DNA from: Caldisericia bacterium
GTDB taxonomy: Bacteria > Caldisericota > Caldisericia > B22-G15
Direction: 5' to 3'
Length of the DNA stretch: 64,000 nt
NCBI GenBank assembly: GCA_026414995.1
Contig: JAOAHY010000003.1
Span: 47,615 to 111,614 of the forward strand
Positions 40,997-50,395 of the stretch are shown here, piece by piece; position 1 is the first letter of the stretch; each line of letters opens with the position of its first letter. The notes beneath the pieces were generated by a model that made no database searches, was not told the DNA's origin, and saw nothing but the letters and a program-made list of their open reading frames with translations. Made by a program: the position numbers and the translations under genes.

Positions 40997-42718
40997 ATGC
41001 TTAAAAATCTTACCGTTAAAAATTTTGCGATTATAGAAGACTTATCGATTGAATTCGATAAGGGGTTAAATGTTATTACAGGTGAAACAGGTTCAGGCAA
41101 ATCAATTTTAATAACAGCCCTTGGTGTAGCATTAGGAAACAAATTTTCAAAAGAGATGTTTAGAGAGGGAGAAGATAAAGTTTATCTTACAACAACATTT
41201 GATGTAAGTTTTAATCCAAAAATTAAAAATTTTTTAATTGATAAAGGAATTGATGAGGATATTCTTTTTTTTCAAAGAGAAATTTATAAAGATGGAAAAC
41301 AAAAATTAAAAATAAATGGAATGGTTGTTCCATATTCAATTTATAGAGAAATTGGAGAAAAATTAATTGATATTCATGGACAACATGAGCCACAATCTCT
41401 TCTCGATAAATCAAAGCATCTTGAACTGTTGGATAGATTCATTGGTGAGGATTTTCTTAAAAAGAGAGAAGTTTTTAAAGAAAACCTTAAAAAATTAAAA
41501 GAATTAAAAAAAGAGATTGAAGATATTATAAATCAAAAAGAAGAAAGGGAGAGAAGAAAAGATTATTTAATTTATGTGATAAATGAGATAGAAAAAGAAA
41601 AAATAAGTGAAGAAGAGGAAGAAGATTTAATTAAAAAAAGAGAATTATTGAAAAATGTTTCAAAATTAAAAGAAATTTATAGTGAATCATTTAATCTAAT
41701 CGAAGGCGAAGGGGATGATTTAGGTATTATAGACAAACTATTTTTAATTGAGAAAAAATTAACTGAAATTGAAAATATAGATAAGAGTGCTTTTAATTTT
41801 AAAAAAGAATTAGAGGAAGTTGAAGTAAAAATTAGTGAGTTATCTCAACAGATAAAAAAAAGGAAAAGCGAAATAGATTTTTCACCTCAGGAATTAGATT
41901 TTATTGAAGAGAGATTAAAAACATATGATGATTTAAAAAGAAAATATGGAAAAACTGTTAAAGATATTTTGAATTTTCTTGAGAATTCCAAAGAAGAATT
42001 AAATAAAATAGATACAAGTTTTGAAAGACTTGAAGAATTAGAAAAAGAGGTTGAGTTAATAAAAGAAGAGTTAGTTAAACTAGGAAAAGAATTAAGGAAA
42101 CAAAGAGAGGAAGCTTCAATAAAATTAAAAGAACTAATAGAAAATGAACTTTCATCTCTTGCAATGGAAAAGGCAAAGTTTTTTATAAAATTTTTTGAAA
42201 AAGAGAGCGAAGATGGGATTTTGTTTAACGAGAAAAAACTTGAACCTAATGATTATGGTTTTGAAACTGTTGAATTTTATATTTCACCAAATCCAGGTGA
42301 ATCAGAAAAGCCCCTAATAAAAATTGCTTCAGGTGGAGAATTATCTAGAGTAATGCTTGCAATAAGAACTATTTTTGGAAAAGTTGATGAAACTCCATGT
42401 ATTGTTTTTGATGAAATAGATCAAGGAATTGGCGGAAGGGTTGGAGAAATGGTTGGAAGAAAACTGCTTGAACTTTCTAAGACAGCTCAAGTTATATCAA
42501 TAACTCATCTTCCACAAATAGCAAGTTTTGGAGACTATCACATAGTTCTTTCAAAAAATGTTATAGAAGAAAGAACATATCTTGTTGCAAGAGTTTTAGA
42601 GGAGGATGAGAGAATTTATGAAATTGCAAGAATGTTAGGTGGAGTTGAAATAACTGAGAGTGCTATAAATCATGCAAAAGAACTTTTAATTAAAGGAAAG
42701 GAGGTAAAGGGTGTTTAA
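40997..42718 (+). CDS. recN: DNA repair protein RecN
   Basis: Walker A GETGSGKS, a central coiled coil, signature SGGELSRVMLA, and Walker B VFDEIDQGIGG. Confidence 0.9.
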   Translation: MLKNLTVKNFAIIEDLSIEFDKGLNVITGETGSGKSILITALGVALGNKFSKEMFREGEDKVYLTTTFDVSFNPKIKNFLIDKGIDEDILFFQREIYKDGKQKLKINGMVVPYSIYREIGEKLIDIHGQHEPQSLLDKSKHLELLDRFIGEDFLKKREVFKENLKKLKELKKEIEDIINQKEERERRKDYLIYVINEIEKEKISEEEEEDLIKKRELLKNVSKLKEIYSESFNLIEGEGDDLGIIDKLFLIEKKLTEIENIDKSAFNFKKELEEVEVKISELSQQIKKRKSEIDFSPQELDFIEERLKTYDDLKRKYGKTVKDILNFLENSKEELNKIDTSFERLEELEKEVELIKEELVKLGKELRKQREEASIKLKELIENELSSLAMEKAKFFIKFFEKESEDGILFNEKKLEPNDYGFETVEFYISPNPGESEKPLIKIASGGELSRVMLAIRTIFGKVDETPCIVFDEIDQGIGGRVGEMVGRKLLELSKTAQVISITHLPQIASFGDYHIVLSKNVIEERTYLVARVLEEDERIYEIARMLGGVEITESAINHAKELLIKGKEVKGV

Positions 42719-43769
42719 AATTTTAGTTATAAATCCTGGTTCAACTTCAACAAAAGTTTCATACTTTGAAGATGAGAAGGAGATAAAAACAAAAAAAATC
42801 GAACATCAAATAGAAGAACTTAAAAAATTTGAAAGAATTTTTGATCAATATGAATTCAGAAAAAATGCTGTTTTAGATTTTTTAAAAGAAAATAATATTG
42901 ATGAAAAGGAACTCTCTTGTGTTGTTGGTAGAGGTGGAGTTTTAAGACCAATTTCTGCTGGAACATATATTATTAATGAAAAAATGCTTGAAGATTTAAG
43001 AAATGCTTCTATAGAGCATGCGTCAAATTTAGGAGCACCAATTGCTTATGAAATTGCAAAACCATATTCCATACCTGCTTATATTGTAGCAGATGTTGTT
43101 GTTGATGAGTTTCCTGATATTGCAAGAATATCTGGTTTAAAAGAAATTCAAAGAAAATCTAGATTTCATGCATTAAATACAAGGTATGTAGCTCAAAAAA
43201 GAGCAGAAATGTTAGGAGGTAAATTTAAAGATTTCAATTTTATAGTTGCACATATAGGAGGGGGTATTTCTGTTGTTGCTTTTGAAAAAGGAAGAGCGAT
43301 TGATGTTAATGACCCAAGTTCTTCTGGTCCTTTTTCACCTGAAAGACCTGGCGGGCTTCCATCAATTGATATAGTTGAGATGTGTTATAGCGGAAAATAT
43401 ACAAAAGAAAAAATTAAAAAACTTTTAATGGGAGAAGGAGGAATTGTTTCTTATCTTGGGACAAATGATCTTAGAGAAGTTGAAAGAATGATAGATGAGG
43501 GAAATGAATATGCGAAATTAATTTATGAAGCAATGGCATATCAAATTTCAAAAGATATTGTTGCAAATGCAGTTGTTTTAAAAGGAGATGTTGATGAGAT
43601 TATTTTAACAGGTGGCGCCTCAAAATCTCTTAAATTGACAAATTTAATTAAAGATAGAGTTTATTTTGTTTCAAATATTTTTATCTTTCCTGGTGAGATG
43701 GAGCAGGAAGCACTTTGTTATGGAGCTTTAAATGTTTTGAGAGGAGAGGAAAAACCAAAAGATTATTAA
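42711..43769 (+). CDS. buk: Butyrate (branched/short-chain acyl) kinase, paralogue 1
   Basis: [13 protein letters not shown]-terminus, HASNLGA, AHIGGGIS. About 60% identical by eye to the second copy at 46006. Confidence 0.88.
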   Translation: MFKILVINPGSTSTKVSYFEDEKEIKTKKIEHQIEELKKFERIFDQYEFRKNAVLDFLKENNIDEKELSCVVGRGGVLRPISAGTYIINEKMLEDLRNASIEHASNLGAPIAYEIAKPYSIPAYIVADVVVDEFPDIARISGLKEIQRKSRFHALNTRYVAQKRAEMLGGKFKDFNFIVAHIGGGISVVAFEKGRAIDVNDPSSSGPFSPERPGGLPSIDIVEMCYSGKYTKEKIKKLLMGEGGIVSYLGTNDLREVERMIDEGNEYAKLIYEAMAYQISKDIVANAVVLKGDVDEIILTGGASKSLKLTNLIKDRVYFVSNIFIFPGEMEQEALCYGALNVLRGEEKPKDY

Positions 43770-43782
43770 AAGGAGGAATGAG

Positions 43783-44685
43783 ATGATTAAAAATTTTGAT
43801 GAAATGTTAACTGAAGTAAAAAAACTTGGTAAGAAAACTTTAACTATTGCAAATCCTTATGAAGCAGAAGATTTAAAAGCAATTAAATTTGCTAAAGATG
43901 AAGGAATTATTGAACCAATTTTAATTGGAAGTAAAGAAGAGATTTTAAAATTTTTAGAAAAAGAAAATATTGAACTTCAAGCAGAAATTATTGATGAGAA
44001 AGATTATTTTAAAGCAATAGAAATATCAATTTCTTATGTAAGAGAGGGAAAAGCAGATTTAGTAATGAAAGGTTTAGTAAAAACTCCTGAACTACTTCAT
44101 GCTGTTCTTGATAAAGAAAAAGGAATAAGAAAAGAGAAAGTTTTATCTCATGTTGGAGTTTTACAATGTTCAAGATATCCAAAATTAATAATTATGAGTG
44201 ATGGAGGAATGATAATTGCACCAACTCTTGAACAGAAAGTAGAGATATTAAAAAATGCTTTAATTGTTGCAAAAGCACTTAAAATTGAAACACCAAAAGT
44301 TGCACTTCTTTCTGCAATTGAAATTGTAAATCCTGATATGCCATCAACTCTCGATGCTGCACTTATTTCAATGATGGCAAAAAGAGGACAAATTAAAGGA
44401 GCAATAGTTGATGGTCCACTTGCTTTTGATAATGCAATTTCAAAGTGGGCTGCAGATGTAAAGGGAATTAAATCTGATGTTGCAGGTGATGCAGATGTAT
44501 TTATTGTACCAAATATAGAAGCGGGTAATATTTTCTTTAAGATTTTAAATTATTTATCTGATGGAGTGAGTGCAGGTGTAATTATTGGTGCAAAAGCACC
44601 TGTTATTCTTCCATCAAGATCAGATTCAAAAGAATCAAAATTTTATTCAATTGCATTAGGTTGTTTAGTATCATCAATTAAATAA
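43783..44685 (+). CDS. ptb: Phosphate butyryltransferase
   Basis: PTA/PTB family pattern (ADLVMKG ... SDGGM ... VDGPLAFDNA ... PNIEAGNI). Confidence 0.85.
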   Translation: MIKNFDEMLTEVKKLGKKTLTIANPYEAEDLKAIKFAKDEGIIEPILIGSKEEILKFLEKENIELQAEIIDEKDYFKAIEISISYVREGKADLVMKGLVKTPELLHAVLDKEKGIRKEKVLSHVGVLQCSRYPKLIIMSDGGMIIAPTLEQKVEILKNALIVAKALKIETPKVALLSAIEIVNPDMPSTLDAALISMMAKRGQIKGAIVDGPLAFDNAISKWAADVKGIKSDVAGDADVFIVPNIEAGNIFFKILNYLSDGVSAGVIIGAKAPVILPSRSDSKESKFYSIALGCLVSSIK

Positions 44686-44698
44686 AAGGAGGATATTT

Positions 44699-45952
44699 AT
44701 GGAGAAAGAATTAACTTTAAATCCATTTAAGATTGCACAGGAGCAAATTGAAAAAGTTGGAGAGGTTCTTAATCTTCCACAAGACATTGTTGAAGTTTTA
44801 AAATGGCCAAAAAGAGTAGTTCAAGTTTCGATTCCAGTTAAAATGGATGATGGTAGTGTAAAAACATTCCTTGGATGGAGATCTCAACACAATGATGCTT
44901 TAGGACCTGCAAAAGGTGGGATAAGATTTCACCCTGAAACAAATATGGATGAAGTTATTGCTTTATCAATTTGGATGACACTTAAATGCGGAGTTGTTGG
45001 AATTCCATATGGAGGGGGAAAGGGTGGAGTAAGATGTAATCCAAAAGAAATGAGCCAGGGAGAGTTAGAGAGATTATCAAGAGGTTATATTGATGGAATA
45101 TGGCAGGTAATTGGTCCTGAAAAAGATATACCTGCACCTGATGTATATACAAATCCTCAAATTATGGCTTGGATGATGGATGAATATTCAAAATTAAGAG
45201 GTTATAATGCTTTTGGAGTAATTACTGGAAAACCTCTACTTCTTGGTGGTTCTGAAGGAAGACATATGGCAACTGCAATGGGTACTATTTATACAATAAG
45301 AGAAGGAGCAAAAGCAATTGGTTTACCACTTAAAGGAGCAACTGCCTCAATTCAAGGATATGGAAATGCTGGATATTTTGCAGCAAAACTTCTTTATGAG
45401 GATGGAGTAAAAATAGTTGCTGTTAGTGATTCAAAGGGAGGAATCTATTCAGAGGAAGGTCTTGATCCTGATAAGGTTCTTGAACATAAGAATAAAACTG
45501 GAAGTGTTGTTGGTTATCCTGGAACAAAAGAGATTGGTTCAAAAGATCCACTAACTATTCCTTGCGATATCCTTGTTCCAGCAGCCCTTGAAAATCAAAT
45601 AACAACTGAAAATGTAAATGAAGTTAAAGCAAAAATTATTGCTGAAGCTGCAAATGGTCCAACAACACCTGAAGCAGATGAAGTTATTGTTAAAAAAGGA
45701 ATTCTTATGATTCCAGATATTTTAGCAAATGCAGGTGGAGTTACAGTTTCTTATTTTGAATGGGTACAAAATAATTATGGATATTATTGGAGCGAAGAAG
45801 AGGTCTTACATAGACTGGAAAGAATAATGGTTAATGCATTTAAGAATGTTTATGAGATGCATAAAGAAAAGAAAATTGATATGAGAACATCTGCAGGAGC
45901 AGTTAGTATAAAAAGAGTTGTTGATGCAATGAAACTGAGAGGATGGATCTAA
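44699..45952 (+). CDS. gdhA: Glutamate (amino-acid) dehydrogenase, Glu/Leu/Phe/Val DH family
   Basis: Catalytic GPAKGGIRFHP, GGGKGG, and the Rossmann motif QGYGNAG. Length 417 aa. Confidence 0.85.
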   Translation: MEKELTLNPFKIAQEQIEKVGEVLNLPQDIVEVLKWPKRVVQVSIPVKMDDGSVKTFLGWRSQHNDALGPAKGGIRFHPETNMDEVIALSIWMTLKCGVVGIPYGGGKGGVRCNPKEMSQGELERLSRGYIDGIWQVIGPEKDIPAPDVYTNPQIMAWMMDEYSKLRGYNAFGVITGKPLLLGGSEGRHMATAMGTIYTIREGAKAIGLPLKGATASIQGYGNAGYFAAKLLYEDGVKIVAVSDSKGGIYSEEGLDPDKVLEHKNKTGSVVGYPGTKEIGSKDPLTIPCDILVPAALENQITTENVNEVKAKIIAEAANGPTTPEADEVIVKKGILMIPDILANAGGVTVSYFEWVQNNYGYYWSEEEVLHRLERIMVNAFKNVYEMHKEKKIDMRTSAGAVSIKRVVDAMKLRGWI

Positions 45953-45961
45953 GATTAAATT

Positions 45962-45987
45962 AAAGGGGCTCCAACTGGAGCCCCTTT
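45962..45987 (+). other. GC-rich intercistronic hairpin without a U-tract (AAAGGGGCTCC-aact-GGAGCCCCTTT) between gdh and buk2
   Basis: An 11-bp perfect stem read directly. It is followed by AAAGTG and then the SD/ATG of buk2, so it is not a canonical terminator. Confidence 0.7.
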
Positions 45988-46005
45988 AAAGTGATGGAGG
46001 AAATA

Positions 46006-47073
46006 ATGGAAAGAATTCTTGTTATAAATCCTGGTTCAACTTCAACAAAGATTGGAATTTTTGAAGGTGAGAAACCTCTTTTTATTGAAGTTATAAGGCA
46101 TAATTCTGAAGAGATTAAAAGTTTCAAAAAAATTTTTGATCAATATGATTTTAGAAAAAACGCTGTTTTACAATTTCTTAAAAATAAAAATATTGATCCA
46201 TCGACTCTTTCTTGTGTTGTAGGAAGAGGTGGTCTTATTAAACCACTTGCAAGTGGAACTTACATAATAAATGAAAAGATGATAGAAGATCTTAGAGAAG
46301 CAAAAAGAGGAGAACATGCAAGTAATCTCGGTGCAATTATTGCTTATGAAATCGCAAAACCTCTTAGAATTCCTGCTTTTATTGTTGACCCTGTAGTTGT
46401 AGATGAAATGGATGATATAGCAAGAATTTCAGGACTCAAAGGAATTGAGAGAAAAAGTATTTTCCATGCTTTAAATCAAAAAGCAGTCGCAAGAAGAGCA
46501 GCAAAAGATCTTGGAAAGAGATATGAAGATGTGAATTTGATTGTTGCACATCTTGGAGGAGGAATTTCAGTTGGTGCACATAGAAAAGGAAGAGTTGTTG
46601 ATGTTAATAATGCACTAAATGGAGATGGTCCATTTGCACCAGAAAGAGCAGGAGGACTTCCAACCCAAGATTTAGTTGATTTATGTTTTAGTGGTAAATA
46701 CACATTTGAAGAAATGAAAAAGAAATTAGCAGGTGAAGGAGGTCTTGTTTCTCATCTTGGAACAAATGATGCAAGAGAAGTTGAAAAAAGAATTTTAGAA
46801 GGAGACTCTTATGCAAAACTTGTTTATGAAGCAATGGCCTACCAAGTTGCAAAAACAATTGGAGAGATGGCAGCAGTTTTAAAAGGTGAAATTGATGCTA
46901 TTGTTTTAACAGGAGGCATTGCTTATTCTGAAATGCTTACAAATTTAATAAAAGAGAGGATAAGTTTTTTAGGAAAAATTTTAATTTATCCTGGTGAGGA
47001 TGAAATGGAAGCATTGGCTCTTGGAGCATTGAGGGTTTTGAGAAAAGAAGAGGAGCCAAAAATATATGAATGA
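46006..47073 (+). CDS. buk: Butyrate (branched/short-chain acyl) kinase, paralogue 2
   Basis: Same motif set as paralogue 1. I prefer the ATG at 46006 (GGAGG 5 nt upstream), which gives [15 protein letters not shown]. Confidence 0.88.
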   Translation: MERILVINPGSTSTKIGIFEGEKPLFIEVIRHNSEEIKSFKKIFDQYDFRKNAVLQFLKNKNIDPSTLSCVVGRGGLIKPLASGTYIINEKMIEDLREAKRGEHASNLGAIIAYEIAKPLRIPAFIVDPVVVDEMDDIARISGLKGIERKSIFHALNQKAVARRAAKDLGKRYEDVNLIVAHLGGGISVGAHRKGRVVDVNNALNGDGPFAPERAGGLPTQDLVDLCFSGKYTFEEMKKKLAGEGGLVSHLGTNDAREVEKRILEGDSYAKLVYEAMAYQVAKTIGEMAAVLKGEIDAIVLTGGIAYSEMLTNLIKERISFLGKILIYPGEDEMEALALGALRVLRKEEEPKIYE

Positions 47074-47755
47074 TAATATAGATGGAATTAAAAAAATAAA
47101 TATTTTCATAGGTGAAATAGGCAGTGGAAAGACAGAAATTTCAATAAATTTTGGAATTAATATCAAAAAAAATGGCAAGTCAGTTGATATCATAGACTTA
47201 GACATTTATAAACCATATATAAGATTAAGAGACCTTAAAGACAAAATAGAAAAATTTGGTATAAATGTTATAACACCACCAAATAATATATCAAAGGCAG
47301 ATCTTCCTCTTATTGTTCATGCTTCTAAAAGATGTATTTATGATAAGAATAAATTATGTATTTATGATATTGGGGGAGGTGAGAATTCAACTTTTGTATT
47401 AAGACAATTTCCTGAAATAAAAGAATTTGATTATGACATATTTTATGTGTTAAATATTTATAGACCTTTTACTAGAACTTTAATAGATATTGAAAAAAAT
47501 ATAAGGAATATAGAAATAGCATCTGGTTTTTCAATAACAGGTTTAATTTCAAATTCACATTTAAGATTTGATACAAAAGTTGAAAATATAATTGAAGGGT
47601 TTTTAGTAACAAAAGAGATTTCTGAAAAATTAAAAATTCCTGTTAGATATATTGGAGTAAAAGAAGATTTAATTGATAAAATTGAAGACAAAAATCTAAA
47701 AGATTTAATTTTACCAATAAAAATTTTTATAAGATACCCATATGAAAAGAATTAA
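47066..47755 (+). CDS. Uncharacterised P-loop NTPase (SIMIBI/GPN-loop-like layout)
   Basis: Walker A GEIGSGKT, then [15 protein letters not shown] and IYDIGGGEN. It overlaps the buk2 stop by 8 nt and ends 9 nt before the oxidoreductase delta subunit. Confidence 0.6.
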   Translation: MNDNIDGIKKINIFIGEIGSGKTEISINFGINIKKNGKSVDIIDLDIYKPYIRLRDLKDKIEKFGINVITPPNNISKADLPLIVHASKRCIYDKNKLCIYDIGGGENSTFVLRQFPEIKEFDYDIFYVLNIYRPFTRTLIDIEKNIRNIEIASGFSITGLISNSHLRFDTKVENIIEGFLVTKEISEKLKIPVRYIGVKEDLIDKIEDKNLKDLILPIKIFIRYPYEKN

Positions 47756-47764
47756 GGAGGATAT

Positions 47765-48001
47765 ATGGATAAAATTTCAAAAGTTTTAATTAATGAAGAG
47801 TTTTGTAAAGAGTGCCTTTACTGTATTAATTTTTGTCCAACTCATGTTCTTGAGAGTGATTTTTCCAAATTTAACTCAAGAGGTTTTCATCCTGCAAAAC
47901 TTGTAGATGAGGAAGGTTGTATCATGTGCGGAATATGTGCTCAGGTTTGTCCAGAAGGTGCAATTGAGGTGTTTAGAATCAAAGAGGAGGTTAAGAAATG
48001 A
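47765..48001 (+). CDS. 2-oxoacid:ferredoxin oxidoreductase delta subunit (2x[4Fe-4S] ferredoxin-like)
   Basis: CKECLYCINFCP and CIMCGICAQVCP clusters. Length 78 aa. Confidence 0.85.
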   Translation: MDKISKVLINEEFCKECLYCINFCPTHVLESDFSKFNSRGFHPAKLVDEEGCIMCGICAQVCPEGAIEVFRIKEEVKK

Positions 48002-49062
48002 GCGAAAAAGTTTTTATGAAAGGTGCAGAAGCATTAGCAGAAGCAGTTATTCGTTCTGGTTGTAGATTTTTTTATGGATATCCAATAACTCCTCAAAATG
48101 AAGTACCAGAATATTTTGCAAGAAAATTTCCACTTATAGGAGGACTTTATCTTCAAGCTGAAAGTGAAGTTGCAGCAATTAATATGGTATATGGAACAGC
48201 ATGTGCAGGAAAAAGAGTTTTTACTTCAACTTCATCTCCTGGATTTTCTCTTATGCAAGAAGGAATTTCTTACATTGCATGTTCAAATGTACCAGTTGTT
48301 GTTGCTAATGTAGTTAGAGGAGGACCTGGGCTTGGTGGAATTTCTCCTGCACAATCAGACTACTTCCAAGCAACAAAAGGAGGAGGACATGGAGATTATA
48401 AAGTTGTTGTTATTGCACCTTCATCTGTTCAAGAAATAGTTGATCTTGTTCCAAAAGCATTTGAAATTGCTGATAAATATAGAACAGTAGTTGCAATTTT
48501 ATTAGATGGTGTTTTAGGTCAAATGATGGAGGCAGTTGAATTTAATTATGAAATTGATCCAAATATGCTTCCAGAAAAATCATGGGCTTTAACAGGTGCT
48601 AAAGGAAGAAAGAAAAATACGATTGTTTCATTTAATCTTGATCCTGAAAAACTTGAATTAATGAATTTGGAATTAAGAAAAAAATATGATGAGATAGAGA
48701 AAAATGAGAAAATGTGGGAAGAGTATAAACTTCAAGATGCAGAATATATTTTTGTTGCATATGGAACTGTTGCAAGAATTATAAAAACAGTTGTGGATGA
48801 GGAAAGAGAAAAAGGAATTAAGGTTGGACTTTTTAGACCTATTACTTTATGGCCATTTCCATATCAAGAATTGAGAAAATTTGTTAATCAAGCAAAATTT
48901 TTCCTAGATGTTGAAATGAGTTTAGGTCAGATGATTGAAGATACTAGACTAGCAATATTAGATATGAAACCAACATTTTTCTATGGAAGAACTGGAGGAG
49001 TTGTTCCAACTACAGTTGAAATAAAGGAAGTTTTTGAGAAAAAAATGAAGGAGGTAATATAA
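47998..49062 (+). CDS. 2-oxoacid:ferredoxin oxidoreductase alpha subunit (VOR/KOR-size class)
   Basis: YPITPQNE N-terminal motif, 354 aa, ATGA overlap with delta. Confidence 0.85.
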   Translation: MSEKVFMKGAEALAEAVIRSGCRFFYGYPITPQNEVPEYFARKFPLIGGLYLQAESEVAAINMVYGTACAGKRVFTSTSSPGFSLMQEGISYIACSNVPVVVANVVRGGPGLGGISPAQSDYFQATKGGGHGDYKVVVIAPSSVQEIVDLVPKAFEIADKYRTVVAILLDGVLGQMMEAVEFNYEIDPNMLPEKSWALTGAKGRKKNTIVSFNLDPEKLELMNLELRKKYDEIEKNEKMWEEYKLQDAEYIFVAYGTVARIIKTVVDEEREKGIKVGLFRPITLWPFPYQELRKFVNQAKFFLDVEMSLGQMIEDTRLAILDMKPTFFYGRTGGVVPTTVEIKEVFEKKMKEVI

Positions 49063-49064
49063 AA

Positions 49065-49817
49065 ATGGAAGTTAAAACAATTTATAAATATCCAGAATCA
49101 CTTGAAAAAAGAGTTACACATTATTGTCCAGGTTGCCACCATGGCATAGTACATAAACTAATTGCAGAATTAATTGATGAATTGAATTTAATTGAGAAAA
49201 CAGTTATAGTTTGGCCAATTGGTTGTTCTGTTTTAGGTTATGAATATTTTAAAGTCGATTCATGTGTTGCAGCTCATGGAAGAGCACCAGCAATGGCAAC
49301 AGGAATAAAAAGAGCAAATCCAGAAAATTTTGTTTTAGCATATCAAGGCGATGGCGATCTTGCATCGATTGGTATGGCTGAAATTGTTCATGCAGCAGCT
49401 AGAGGAGAAAAGATAACTGTTATTTTTATAAATAATACAAATTATGGTATGACTGGTGGACAAATGGCACCAACAACACTTCCTGGACAAAAAACTACAA
49501 CATCTCCATACGGAAGAGATCCTAATGTTTGTGGTTATCCAATTAAAGTTGCTGAACTTTTATCAAACCTTGAAGGCGCAGCATATATAGCAAGGGTTGC
49601 ACTAAATAAACCTGCAAGAATTACTCAAGCTAAAAAATTCTTAAGAAAAGCATTTAATGCACAACTTAGAGGTATTGGATTTTCTCTTGTTGAATTTTTG
49701 TCTGCTTGTCCAGTTCAATGGCATATGACTCCGCTTAAAGCACTAGAAAGAATAGAAAATGAACTTATTCCATTTTATCCACTTGGTGAATTTAAAATAA
49801 AAGAGGGGGTTGAGTAA
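49065..49817 (+). CDS. 2-oxoacid:ferredoxin oxidoreductase beta subunit (TPP-binding)
   Basis: CPGCHHG, GDGD and NNTNYGMTGGQ motifs. Confidence 0.88.
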   Translation: MEVKTIYKYPESLEKRVTHYCPGCHHGIVHKLIAELIDELNLIEKTVIVWPIGCSVLGYEYFKVDSCVAAHGRAPAMATGIKRANPENFVLAYQGDGDLASIGMAEIVHAAARGEKITVIFINNTNYGMTGGQMAPTTLPGQKTTTSPYGRDPNVCGYPIKVAELLSNLEGAAYIARVALNKPARITQAKKFLRKAFNAQLRGIGFSLVEFLSACPVQWHMTPLKALERIENELIPFYPLGEFKIKEGVE

Positions 49818-49818
49818 T

Positions 49819-50361
49819 ATGGAAAAAAGATTAGAAGCAATAATAGCAGGTTTTGGTGGTCAAGGTGTAATGTTAATGGGTGAATTAATTTGTGAAGCAG
49901 CAACAAAACTAAATCTTTTTGCAACATTCTTTCCATCATACGGTCCTGAAATGAGAGGTGGTACAGCAAATTGTAATGTTATTGTATCTGATAAACCAAT
50001 TGCATCACCTGTTCTTGCAACAAGTCAAAATATAATTGTTATGAATAAACCTTCTCTTGATAAATTTGAAAGTAGAGTAAAAGAAAAGGGCATTCTTTTT
50101 ATGAATTCATCTTTAATTGATAAAGAACCAACAAGAAATGACATAGAAATAATAAAAATTCCTGCAAATGAAATTGCTGATAAATTAGGGAATAGTGTTG
50201 TTGCAAATATGGTTATGTTAGGAGCATTTATCGAGAAAACAAAATATCTTCCACTTGAGGTTGTAAAAGAAGTTGTTGAAAAATTTTTAAGCGAGAGGAA
50301 AAAAGAACTAATTGAAATAAATCTTAATGCATTAGAAGAAGGAGCAAAGTTAGTAAAATAA
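49819..50361 (+). CDS. 2-oxoacid:ferredoxin oxidoreductase gamma subunit
   Basis: GFGGQGV motif. I prefer the ATG at 49819 over the listed TTG at 49810, which overlaps the beta stop. Confidence 0.82.
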   Translation: MEKRLEAIIAGFGGQGVMLMGELICEAATKLNLFATFFPSYGPEMRGGTANCNVIVSDKPIASPVLATSQNIIVMNKPSLDKFESRVKEKGILFMNSSLIDKEPTRNDIEIIKIPANEIADKLGNSVVANMVMLGAFIEKTKYLPLEVVKEVVEKFLSERKKELIEINLNALEEGAKLVK

Positions 50362-50370
50362 AATTTTTAG

Positions 50371-50395
50371 AGGGAGGTTCAAGTGGGACCTCCCT
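50371..50395. terminator. Hairpin terminator shared by convergent genes (AGGGAGGT-tcaagtggg-ACCTCCCT)
   Basis: An 8-bp GC-rich stem followed by ATTTATTTT. The stop codon of the minus-strand hydrolase gene lies inside the 3' arm. Confidence 0.65.
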
